A DNA stretch of 64,000 bases from the human T2T-CHM13v2.0 reference genome, Homo sapiens. The stretch lies in NCBI RefSeq assembly GCF_009914755.1, contig NC_060927.1; one strand, 5' to 3'. The notes beneath the pieces are model-generated. The model was not told the DNA's origin. It worked only from the letters and a program-made list of their open reading frames with translations, and ran no database searches. Within the stretch, counting starts at the first letter, position 1. Every line of letters begins with the position of its first letter. Shown in pieces: positions 35,264-49,400 of the stretch. A program made the translations under genes and the position numbers.

Positions 35264-35616
35264 CTGAAGCTGGGAGTTCTAGAGGAAGGCTGGGCCACAA
35301 TGACCTGGTTGACTTCCAGCCCCAAGGTCCCAAGCCCCCACGTTTGCTGCTGAACTAGGCACCAGTTTGGATTGGCTCTGAGGCATGGCACTCAGCAAGC
35401 CTCAGGGCAGAGAGGCAAGTGTAGGACATGTTGCAGTGGATGAAGTATGTTTGTTTTGTCCTGCTCTGGGTCAGTTCAGTGGCTCTGACTTTAGCCAGAA
35501 ATTGGCTCCTGGCCCTGTGTCTGACCTTGGACCTCTGTGGATTAAATTTGGGCCTGAGCCTTGCCTGGGTTTTTGGCTAGGTGTCTGGCCTTCTGCCATG
35601 CCTCAAACACACCTGA

Positions 35617-36006
<390 letters not shown>

Positions 36007-36416
36007 CTAGCTAATTGTTATTTGTCCTTCCAGATGTGGCTCAGTCATCAGCTCTCACAGAAGTCCTTCCCTTGGCACTTGCCTCCTCGCCATATTGGAT
36101 TAGGTGCCCTTCCTCTGGTCTTCCACAGTCCCTGTGCTTCTCTGTTCCACACCACTTGCTCCTCAGTTGGCACTCAGCTTGCTTGAAGGCAGGTCTCTGC
36201 CCCAGTGCCCGGTACTCAGTAGATGCTCTGGCAGTGTTTACTGGATGAATGAAGCTTTTCTGCTCAGTGGCTCTGTTCTCTAAGCCCCCATTTGCCAGCA
36301 ACTGAGCCACAACTTGTATTTCAAGGTTCAAAGAGCAGAGGAGGCAGCTCAAATGGAACAGCCCATCCGCAATCGCAATCTGCAAGATTTACTCTCACCA
36401 TTAGGCAATCTTAGGT

Positions 36417-36694
36417 AGGTCAAGCACAGTGTCTCACACTTGTAATCCCAGCACTTTGGGAGACCCAGATAGGTGGATTGCTTGAGTCCCAGGAGTTCGA
36501 GATCAGCCTCGGGAACATCTCTACAAAAAGTACAAGAAGTAGCCAGGCATGGTGGTGCACACCTATAGTCCCAGCTACTCAGGATGCTGAGGTAAGAAGA
36601 TGTCTTGAGTCCGGGAGGTCGAGGCTGCAGTGAGCTATGATGCTATGATCATGCGACTGCATTATAGCCTGGGTGACAGAGCGAGACTCTGTCT

Positions 36695-36725
<31 letters not shown>
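36417..36725 (+). mobile_element. AluJ with long A tail
   Basis: GAGGTCGAGGCTGCAGTGAGCTATGA J diagnostics. Confidence 0.9.
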
Positions 36726-36727
<2 letters not shown>

Positions 36728-37429
36728 AGAATCCCAGGTACCTGGGTATGACTATTAGCTGTTTAAGTTCCATTTCTGAGAAGAGGTATTATTACAGATA
36801 TGTGTATAAAAGCAGTATAAAGACATCTCTTTGACTCTTGCATAGATGTTGGCTCAGCTCAAGCTGAGGGCATGGTCAGGGTCTTGTGCCAGTCAGGGCC
36901 CAAGAGAGGACATCTCTTACATGGGGAGCCCACGAGGGGCTGACAGGCCACCAGGATGTACAGATCCCTGCCCGCCTTCCCAAGTTCTGTGGTAAATAGA
37001 GGGGGTTGAGGGAGTCAGGTTCCAGGGCAAACCTAGACAGTCGAGGTAAACTACTGTCCCTCAAGCCTTCTCCCCAACCAGGTCTTTTACTCCCTACTGC
37101 CAAGGAGAGATACTCTTGATGGCACCCAACCTGCTGTCCCCTTCCTGGGGGACACTTGGGGTCTACAGGGTCTTTGGAGCAGCAGGTGGGAGTGGAGGCA
37201 CAGGGGGTGCACAGCAGCTCCCACCAAATGGCTGCATGGGTGGCTGGGATGCCAAAGGAAGCCTGCATGGGATTGAGAGCCTCAGCATGGCAGGCAGAGC
37301 CAGCAGCACTGTGAGGCTCCCTTAGGCCTGGGGCAAACCTGAGAAGGGAGTGGGTTCCCTGGACATGTAAAGCTGGTTCTAAGTCATTGAGGTCCACCCA
37401 GAAAAAGAATGTCCTCAGAAATGATGCTG

Positions 37430-38500
<1,071 letters not shown>

Positions 38501-38599
38501 TAACGGGGGGAAAATGACGCCGCTGGAGAGGAGTTAGCGGAACTGAAACAATGAAATGGTGCGCGAGTGTCGCCTGTCCCCGTCGCATCCATCCCAACG

Positions 38600-38875
38600 A
38601 AGTTTGGGCCCTGGAACGGTGCACCCAGAAGGCCTGCGGGGAGAGACGCTGGGGCATGATCTGGAAGAAAGACGTCTCAGGATTCGAAGGGAATGCAGCT
38701 AAGGTGGCGGCGGAGGTTCGCCTAGGACTGGGGAGGCGTCCCTAGGCTCAGAAGTTGGCCCGGCCGGAGCGGAGATTTAAAGGTTGGAGCGCAGAGGCTC
38801 TTAAAGAGGCCGAGTCGAATTCCCACTCGGCGTCCACCTTAAAGCCAGCTCCCCGGCACCACGGATCTGACCCGG
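38600..38875 (+). other. MRAS: Probable alternative MRAS non-coding first exon (5' end approximate)
   Basis: Consensus donor CGG|GTAAGT at 38876 in the upstream part of the CpG island. Confidence 0.55.
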
Positions 38876-39199
38876 GTAAGTGCTGGGCCGCGGGAGAGGC
38901 TGCGGCGCCGACCCCAGCCCCTGGCGCTCTAGCGCGCCCTGCCGGGCCCAGGGGACTCGGCGCGGGTGGGCTGGACTTCGTAGGCGCGCGTCCTGGGGGC
39001 CGGGGTGCACGCGGGGGCGACAGGGTCGAAGCACCCGGCCCGGGCTCCCCACTGGCGCGCCCGCAGCGGCGCTCTATTTTTAGCAGGCGCTGTGGCAATA
39101 TAAGGAATGCGCGGCGCGCTAGGCGCTCGGGGCGCACGCTGGCGGCGCGGTCGCTTTAAGGAGGCGCCGGGGCGGGGACGGACCGGAGTGGCCGGCTGG

Positions 39200-39317
39200 C
39201 GGGGAGCCGTCAGTCCGGCGGCCGCGGGGCCCGGCGGGCGCGACGCTGCCTCCTCACCGGCGCAGGCTAGGAGGGGGCGGCCTGAGTGCCGTAGCCGAGC
39301 CGGGGCTGGAGCGCGCG
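39200..39317 (+). other. MRAS: MRAS non-coding first exon (5' end approximate)
   Basis: Strong donor GCG|GTGAGT at 39318 within the CpG island; the ATG lies in the next exon, so an untranslated first exon is required. Confidence 0.75.
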
Positions 39318-41290
39318 GTGAGTGGTCGGGCGGTCTTGGAGGGGAGGGGGCCCGGCCGCGCCGCCTCTCGCCCCGGCCGTCGCTTTGTTCCGGGGCGGGA
39401 GGTGTGGCCGCCCTCCGGGCTCGGCCGCGCTCTCCGCTTGCGGGGTGCGCCCTGGGACCGGCTGTGCGTGGCGTTTTGCCCCCATCGCGGGCTCCCGCGT
39501 AACGGTGTGCGTTCGTGAAATCGGCCACGACCAAGACCCCAGTGGGGAGGGCCTGCGCGCCGCTCAGAGAGACCCTTTCGTGGTAATTACAGTTCCTTGG
39601 CTGCCTGGGCGAGAACCCGGTGGATAGATGGGCGGCAGGACGGGGCGGCGGGGGATGGGTGGGTGGGTGGGGGACTCTTTACCCCCCCGCCTTAAGATGG
39701 CGTTAACGAGGGGAGGGATCCGCCAGGGAGTTGACAAATTCATCTGAATAATAAAACGCAGCCTGCTTCATAAACAACCCTTCACTGCCCCCGGAGGTTT
39801 GGGGAGCTGGAGCTGTGGTCACAACTAGGGCCTAGGCTCATGCATTGAACTGATCTGGCTGAGGCATCAGACACGGTGCCAGTCCTGCCCTGCGGGGAAG
39901 ACAAGAGCACAAAGTGACAAGCCAGTGTGGTAAGTGCTGAGATTCGGTAAGCCCAGGGGTTGTGGGAGCCCCTAGGGGTCCCTACTGCAGAGTGGGAGGT
40001 GAGAGAAGGCCGCCTAGAGGAGTTGATGTCTGGCTGGCCGCAGCGTATACACTGGACACCCAGTTAGACTCTGGCTAGAGCTGAGGTCTGTTCTGGCCTG
40101 GGGCAAAGTGGAGTCTGGAGAGGTGGACAGAGTCCATCAAGGCCACTGGGGCCTTGATCATAGAGCTCTGCCATTGCCCCTACTCCCCAATGGCCCCTGA
40201 TGGTGTGGAACCTCCCTGGCCTTGCTCCTCTAGGACTCACTCTGTCCTGGACCTGACCAGAGAGGGTGGCTGACAAGGCTCGGAATCGTGGCCTCCAGAG
40301 GTTTGTCTGGCAGCAGAAGTAAGATGGAGATATGACTTTAAGAGCTCTGAAACTCCACTGTAATAACAGCAACCAACAGGGCTTCCAAAGACCAGGCACT
40401 TGAAGTGGATTTGCTCATCATTTGACAAGACACCTCTTGACAAGACACCTCCAGAAGGATTTTGTTTATTGTAAAGGATGGAGGAACTGGGGTGAAAAAG
40501 AGCCAACAGCTTGCCCAAGATCATATCTGAAGTCCATGCTTTTGGCCACGTGGCTGTCCTGGGCTTCGGAAGGCTCTGGTGCAGCCTGTGTTAGAGTTTT
40601 GTAATATATTGTTTTATAATTATTCACTATAGACATTCACTGGTGGGTTGAAGTGTGAGGCAGTGAGCTGTGGGTATTAATAACTGACTCGTGTCAGAAG
40701 CTTAGCAGTGAACAAAGCACTTTCTCGGATACGGTTCTTAGAGCTTCTCCTGCTTCTTTTCCCGGGGAAGAAACTTGAGCTGCTAACATTTTGTAAACCT
40801 CCTAATTTCCTGTAAATCACATGTCCCTGCTGAGTGGGGCTGAAAATGTTTCGGGCAATGGTTTTCACCCTTAGGTCTGTTCACACTGCCCAGCAGCCAG
40901 TTAGCTTCTCTCTGTAGTTTATGGTGTAGTTTGTCCTTTTTCTGCCGGGGTGGGAGGCATGGGGCTTTCATGCTCTGGGGTTTTTGAGGTCTGCCAGCCT
41001 CTGGGGAGGGAGGTGTTGGGCAAGCCTCGTGCTCTGGTGGAAACTGACCCCCTAGATGTGACCTCGGCATTTCCTAAAGCTGGGGGCGGGACTGGGGTAG
41101 GCGGTAGTCAAGGCCCTTTGGTGAAGCAAGCGATTGTCTCCAGCGTTGTCAGCTTCGCTCCTCCATAAGACAGTTGCTAATTTCCACCTCTGTTTTCACC
41201 TACATAAGACACTTTATGACAGGTTTAACTTTTATGTTATTATTAGCTCTAGCCACTGGTATTTCATACTCAGTTCGTCTGAGCTACTTA

Positions 41291-41557
<267 letters not shown>

Positions 41558-44500
41558 CTAGTGATCACCTGGAACCAGGAATGACTATTGGCCTCTGATA
41601 AATTAGGCTCCTGGGATGACTGGTCCTAACCTCAGTCAGAATCACATGTTGACCAGCCTCCTGGATCTAGTGAGTTCTCAGGGAAATGTGGCTTCCATAA
41701 TATATTTCACATCAGATTTAACCATTGTAATCTGTTCTGCCAATGAAATGCCCCCAAACAGAGTGTGTCTCCCTGAAAGCAATTGAAAAACATACCTGCT
41801 CATGAGCATTAAAGTGTAGTTTGTACAAGCATACTCATGTGAACTGAATGGGAATGCATTCTTGTGCAATGCTGGAATGTTCTTAAGTGTCCAGAGGATG
41901 TGCATTGAGTTCCAGAGGCTCTGTACCTGCCAGGCCCTGGGCAGGCATAGAAGGTACAGTCACCTTTATCTGGAGACAGGTAAAAAAGGAGCTGGAGGAG
42001 TTCCCTGAGACCTGGGACACCTGGCAGGTACCCATTGTCTAGGGACTCAGCAGAGAATTCAAGCTTTAAGAGGAATTTTCTTGCTGGACTCTGAGTCCCT
42101 GTCAGCCCTCCTAAGTCTTAGATCATGCCTCTGAGCCCTGTAGTACTGAATCAATGGGGATGCTTTGGCTGCAAGTAACAAAACCCAAATAACAGTAAGT
42201 AAGATTAAGCAGAGCTCAGATCTCCCAAAGATGCTCTCTGCTCTTGGAAGGTCTCTGTACACAGGAATGGGATATCAGTGCCACTTCCAGCAAGTTCCTG
42301 CATGGGACAGGTAGCCATAAAGGCTGAGTGTCTGGAGTTCAGAGTAATAGGTTTTGTCTTCTTGAGTCACAGCCTCTTTAATATGTTGATGAGAAGCCCA
42401 GGGAACGTTGATGTACAAAGTTGGACATATAATTCAGGGGATTCATGGATCTCTGAAAACCAGCCCTGGATCCCAGTTTAGCCATCTCTGATCTAAAGGC
42501 ACGTGACTTCTCTAATGTTCATGGCAGACCTATTCTGTAAGCCCATTGTGCAGCCAAGTCAGCATGCCATTCCAGTGCAGTGTGAGAGGGCAGAGATGGG
42601 GGCCAAGAGTACAAATAGAGTGGGACAGTTGTCATTGCCCAGCCTGTGAGTTGAAGTCTGTGCAGTCAGCCAGTGGGTCTGACAAAGAGGGCAGTGCTGG
42701 CACTGCCTCATGCTTCCGCAGAGGTGATGAGGTTCAGGCTGAGGTGGAGACCACGCTGCACTCGCCATGCATTCAATGGTGCCCCATCTCTTGTTCTCTA
42801 GGAAGCATTCCCGCTACCTGTGTGATGCAGTTGGTTCCACCTATTCCCAGAGACTCCACCCTGGCCCTCCTTGCCCTGGCCCCCAGCACTGAGCCCCTAG
42901 GGCCATTTAGCTGGCCAGCATGATCTAAGACAGCTTTCTGCAGGCATTCCTCTTGTAGGAGTCATGAAGCAGCAATGTGTATTTTGCTTCTTTTTGTTGT
43001 TGTTATATTAAAAAATATTTTTATATTCTAGTCCAATCCATATTATTTGATTTTTTTGGTTATATGTTATATATAAAAATGTATTTTTTGTATTTTGCTT
43101 CTTAATGTCCCTATCATTGTCTTTAATATTCTTGGTAGCTTCACTAGGTGGGGACTGCTGCATGACAATGTGGGTCATCACCGGTTGCTGAAGTGACCTT
43201 CTGAGTCTCAGAGGGGTATAGTCCTCGCATCAGGCTACCTTGACGGATAAAACAATATGATTTACATATGGGTTATAGTGCTAGTAAGATTTTGGAGAGC
43301 ACCAATAATGAATTCGGCTGTGCAGCTTGTAGTGGCCAAGCAAAGGAGGGTGGGTGGAGAGTTGGGAGCTCTGGTTCTGGCCTCTGTGACCATCTGTAGG
43401 GCCTTGTCTGGATCCTGTGCTGCCTGGGCCCAGGCTGCATCTGTGACTTCTCTGCCCAGCCCTCAGTGTCGCCATGGGGATTAGATAAAATATACACGTG
43501 AAAATACGCTTGGGAGGCCAGAAAGGGCTGGAAGAATGAAGACCACTACCAGTATTCAAGCAACCTTCGGAGGACAGAATCCTAGACCCAGAAGGAGCCC
43601 CCTGAGTGTATTAAGTCGAGTCACACCCCGTAGAGCACATTTCTCATAGTGGTGAGGAAGATGATTTTAGGTGGGACACAGCATCTTTCATTTTAATAGT
43701 TATATGCTGGTTTATTTGAATGTATTATAAAAATACAGGCATCAGAACAAACTGGGAGTTTTTTAATGGATATTTTGCCCAGATTAAGGCTAAAGAAGTA
43801 TTTTAAGTAAAAAAAAAGAAAATTTTTAAAAGTATGGTGGTTTTCAGATTAAGCTAGTTATAGTACAATAGTAGACAAATATGGCCCAAATGGGAAAGTG
43901 AGCCCTTGAGGAAAGGCTGGGAAACTTTCCACAAGGGGAGTCCTTCCTTCCCTGACAGCCCATTAGGGGTGTGTCTTTGACTTCACCTGGACCCTTCTAG
44001 AGACACAGTGTCTCTACCCTTTGAGTCAGTCCACTGCATTTGCGGATTCTCTCATTGTTGGGAAGTTCTTTCCCTTCTTCCCTTAACCTGTCCCACATGA
44101 ACCTTTGACAGTCCTGCTTTTCTCCACCATGAGCAGCTTTACTTTCTTCAACTGCTCTTCAAATGTCATAGTTTAAAAACAGCCCCTCTGTATGTCCGTC
44201 CTTTCTTCCATCCATCCTTGCAGCCACCCACCTACCCGTCCATTCATTGATCCATCTCTCCATCCATCTTTCCTTCAGCAAAGACTTGTGGGCTGGACCC
44301 TGTACTGTATACTTTATATTCGCTATCTCTAAGCCTCACAAAAATTGTGTTAGATGTAGTTAACCTTTTATAGATGTGGAAACCGAGGCTCAAGGAAGTT
44401 AAGTAGGTCACCTGCAGTCATAACCTGAGAGAAGCAGAGTCAGAAAGGAATCTGGCCATGGTCTGTCTCTTCCTGAAGTGCATGCTCCTTCCGTTAGACC

Positions 44501-45339
44501 GTGCTGTTCCCAGCACTGGATGACCAAAAATGTCATGATCCCTTCTCTCCTGGTGCTTAGGGGACCTATCCCATGGAGGTGTGGCTCTACATAATCAGTG
44601 CAGTGGGCAAAGGCCTCATGAGGAGCAGGGATGGAGCAGCCTGTGCACAAAGATGTGGTGAGGCAGCAGAGGTGCAGAAGACGCTGGCTGGCAAAGAGAG
44701 GCAGCGAGTCCCTCGCTGGCAGGAGTCTTCCCTGACTGTCATTAATCTTACAGTCACAAATGAACCCCTAAATCATTTGTGCACTTTTTTTTTTAATTTT
44801 GAAAAAGAAAAGTGTAAAGGGTAGTATAACAAATACCATGTACCTATTACCCAAGATGAACAGATGTGACCATTTTGTCTGCACTTGATCCTTTTCACAG
44901 TAGGGCTGGACTTAAAACCAGACCACTCATCCTTTGCCCTGGCCAGTTTGGCCCATCCTCAGCCTGCAATGGGCTTTTGGGAGCCTTGCTCCTGAGTTTT
45001 CATGTATTGGCTCTCTCTTGGGGCTTCATGTCCTCAGTTAATGCCAGTGGGCCTCCCTAGAAGTTGTTGACTAAAGAGGCTTTTGCTGCTTCTGACCACA
45101 TTGTGGAGAAGCCACTCTGGGGAGAGTGTGTGTTTTTGGCTATGATCTTTTTCAGAGAAGTTCATCTACCCTCACAAACACCTGCCTTGACCATTGTGGG
45201 TTTAGCCAAGCTGTAGAGCATGGTTTAGTCATAGCTGCCTAAACTGAACTGTAATATTAATGATAGGTTTGTATATTTGGAAGACAGAGAAAACATATTC
45301 TCTTTTTATAATTATATGACAATGATAACAAAATGCTTT

Positions 45340-45636
45340 TTGTTGTTGTTAGCAGTGAAGTCTCACTCTGTTGCTTAGGTTGGAGTGTGGTGGAGCAATC
45401 ATAGCTTATCACAGCCTCGAACTCCTGGGCTCAAGCCATCCTCCTGCCTCAGCCTCCTGAGTAGCTGAGACTATAGGCATGTGCCACCATGCCCATCTAA
45501 TTTAAAAAAATTTTTTTTGTAGAGATGGGGTCTCCCTTTGTTGTTCAGGCTCATCTTGAACTCCTGGTGTCAAGCGATCCTCCCACCTCGACCTCCCAAA
45601 GTGCTGGGATTATAGGCATGAGCCCCCACACCTGGA
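45340..45636 (-). mobile_element. AluJ
   Basis: CAGCCTCGAACTCCTGGGCTCAAG J diagnostics. Confidence 0.88.
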
Positions 45637-46201
45637 CACAAAATACATTATATACTCTAAAGTATAGGATTACTTTAAGAGAAGGAAACTAAAAGTATGA
45701 TGGCTTACTTTCTAATCCATAACTTCACAGTTTTCCCTTCCTGCAGCTTTCACAGAAAAAACCAGGTGCCTGGTACTGGGTCCTTCTCTCTGCCAAGCAG
45801 GAGTAAGGCGGCAGAGCCAACCCTGCATCTGCAGTTAGAAGCTCTCCATGACGACAGGACGCAGCTTCTCACCCAACTGTTTGCAGCCTTCTCCTTTCCA
45901 CCTACTGATTGACTCCTGAGCTGAAGCCTGGTGTTATCCTGTTTGCATGTAGTTTGCCATGAGTTAGAACAGTGAGTAAAGCTCTGCTTTTTAAAGCTGT
46001 GCAGAAAGATTCAAAAACTTCTGGAAAGGCTTTCTTATCCAGGGCAGATTCTTGTCAGTCCTTATTGGGGACCGAGATTTCATCTGGTTTCATAATAGAT
46101 AGTGGGGACCTGCGGGAGACCCCAAGTCCTCTTCATTAAGTGCTGAGAATGTCTTGAAACATTTTCCTTCCCTGAGTTGCCCTTAAAGAATAACACCACC
46201 A

Positions 46202-46522
<321 letters not shown>

Positions 46523-48568
46523 TCATTCTGATGGAGATGCTGCAAAAGCCAGCGAAGGCTGGGTGCTGAGAGACCTCAGAAGGCCCTGCTTTACTGGGGC
46601 TTATCTTGCAATGGAAGCCGTACCAGTGAAGGCAGTTGAACATATTATACAACCAGTGCCTATGAGATTATGTGGAAATCCACATATGTGTTATACTTAC
46701 AGGCATACCTTTTTAAAGACAAGTTTGGGTTTAAAAAGAAACTACTTGGCATACTGTATATTAGGCTGGCCCTAGTATACCAAGTACACAGATTAAATGT
46801 AAAAGTATTTGTGGGCATGTGGATCTGTGGGGAGATTGCTGGAGTGTAGTGGATTCAGGAGACTCCCCCACCCCTTTAGGAGCTGACCATTTATGGGGGG
46901 TGTTGGCGGCAGATTCTTGCCTCTCAAAAGCATTATGTATTCATTTCAAAAGCAAAATTAATTTTGGTTCAGTTTAGCTTTTTTTCCTAATCCTTTAGAA
47001 TTTCAACGTGCCTTCTTGAAAATTCTCCCTTTTTAGATAACCCACAAATTCATTTCTTTATATTTTCACTCCACTGGAAATGGAGGCTCAAGGAGGAGAC
47101 AGGCAAAGCCGTCTTTCTTGGCCAACACTGCTCTCACCAGTCTATCATGGTCTTCTTTCAATGTCTGCTTTATTATAACCAGAGATGATAGAAGGAGGGT
47201 GGGATCACTGTCCCGAAGACTTGGGGGCGTATATTTTTAAAAACTTCTATGAGCTATGCCTCCTTAGCCTTCCCTCTCCACCCACATTCCTCAGGTTGAG
47301 GTTCCTGGGGCAGAGCTGGAAGGCCTAGTCTGTCTCATGCTCCCGCTGAGGAAGTCCAGCCCAGGAGAGGCCAGGTGCCCTGGCACTCCCAAGCAATTAA
47401 GGCCAGCTGGCATCATAGCCTTCCCATCCACCCCTACTCACTGACCCCGTCCCCCCGTCCCACCCACCGCAGTGGACAGCTGCCTGAATCCACTAATCTG
47501 GGGCTGGGTGGGTGTTTCCTGCATGTTTGAGATTTTAGGAGGAAATCAAAATAAAGAAACAAAGCCTTTGTTTTATTTCTGGACTCCCAACTGGGTATGG
47601 CTGGAGGGATGGAAAGCAGGGAACAGGAGGAGCAGGTCACTTGGCACTTCAACAAAATAACCATTCTAATAGAGCATTTAACAGGAACTTTTTCTATTTA
47701 GGGTTGGGGTGGGTAAATAGGAAAGACGGCAGGGCTGGGAGAGCCCCTTTGTGTGGAAGGAGAAGGTGGGGCCGCCCTTGCCCCAAGCGGGGCCTCTGGC
47801 AGTGCCTGGTGTTCAGGCAGGGAGGGGTCTGAGGCCACCCAGCCGGGCTGCAGAATTGGCAGCCTGGGGACTCAGGGACTTTCAGTCCTCCCTTCCTGAA
47901 GGAACCCTCTGCTCCAATTCTGTCCCACTACTTGTCTGTGTGAATCTCCACCTCTATAGCCTCCTCTTCCATATCTGTAATGGGAGTATCCCAGCCACAC
48001 TCTGGCCTTTCTTCTCTAGTCCAGTTATACTGGGTCAGGCTCTCACCTGACATGTGGAAATGAAGAGGTACATCCCCCAGTATTTCTTAATTCTTCCAAA
48101 GGATTTTCTCCTTGTAGAAATTCTCTGAGGGTTTCATTTATTTTCTTTAAAAATTGCCCAAGTATTGATGACAGCCCTCCCCATCTGCAGTATTTCTGAA
48201 GATTTCAGGGTATGGGCCATGCCCACTGGCCGCCTGGCCTCCACTCCACTTTGCCCCATGTGCATACAGTAAGGTTGGCTTCTTCATCTGCTAAGCCACT
48301 ATTATTGCATGTAACAGGCATCCACCAAGGGCTTTTAAGAAAGGGAGTTGTCTGCAGCCCAGATCAGGGCAGAAGTTAAAAATGAATGTCAGACACCCTC
48401 CCCTTGCTTGCTCACACCCTTGGAGAATGTCTCTGTGGCTGTCTCCTCAAACCTAGTTTACTGCTATTTTCCAGGGACCAATTTTCCTGGATACTTTCCC
48501 CCAGACCTTCTGAAAACTCCAAATTTTCATTACTTTTGATTGCAGAACAAGGATAACAATCTGTCTTA

Positions 48569-48919
<351 letters not shown>

Positions 48920-49129
48920 TTAAATAACTCGTCTAAAAAAGAATTAGGCACTCTAGACCTTACCTTTACCTACAGTAAGAACCAGCAGAAGTGCTGGGAT
49001 TATTAAGCTATCATTATTACTAGCCAGGTCAAATCAGTCCTCTCCTAATGACCAGGGCAAAGCCAGGTGTTATTTTTTCCCTTTCCTGTTAGAACATTTT
49101 GTAACATAAGGATTAGAGATGATGTAGAT

Positions 49130-49400
49130 TGACAATATTTATTGAGTACCTTCTCTGTGCCAGATATGTGCTGGGCATTGGAGATACAGTGGAGAATAGA
49201 ACAGAGGGTGGGCCCTGCCCACATGGAGGTGACGGTCTAGTGGGGAAGATGCATTACATGTTTACGTCTTGTAAACAACTAACTAGCAGTTAAGTGCCAG
49301 CATACAGGATGCTGTCAAGGCAGACAGCTGGGTGCTTTGGGAGACCCTGATAGTAATCTCATATAGTCTGGGGTGCAGTGGGGGTCAGAGAAGTATATTT
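49130..49400 (-). mobile_element. L2 fragment
   Basis: AATATTTATTGAGTACCTTCTCTGTGCCAG...CTAGTGGGGAAGA. Confidence 0.6.

Larger units (their letters stand above)
38510..39720 (+). promoter_or_regulatory. MRAS: CpG island / MRAS promoter
   Basis: Very high GC and CpG, GC boxes, plus-strand splice donors, MEF2 and YY1 motifs; 24 kb upstream of the MRAS coding exon. Confidence 0.9.

Noticed and set aside
38748-39627. Long overlapping GC-rich ORFs (up to 201 aa) on both strands
   Set aside because: Expected by-product of stop-codon scarcity in a CpG island; low-complexity Arg/Gly/Pro/Ala with no recognisable domain
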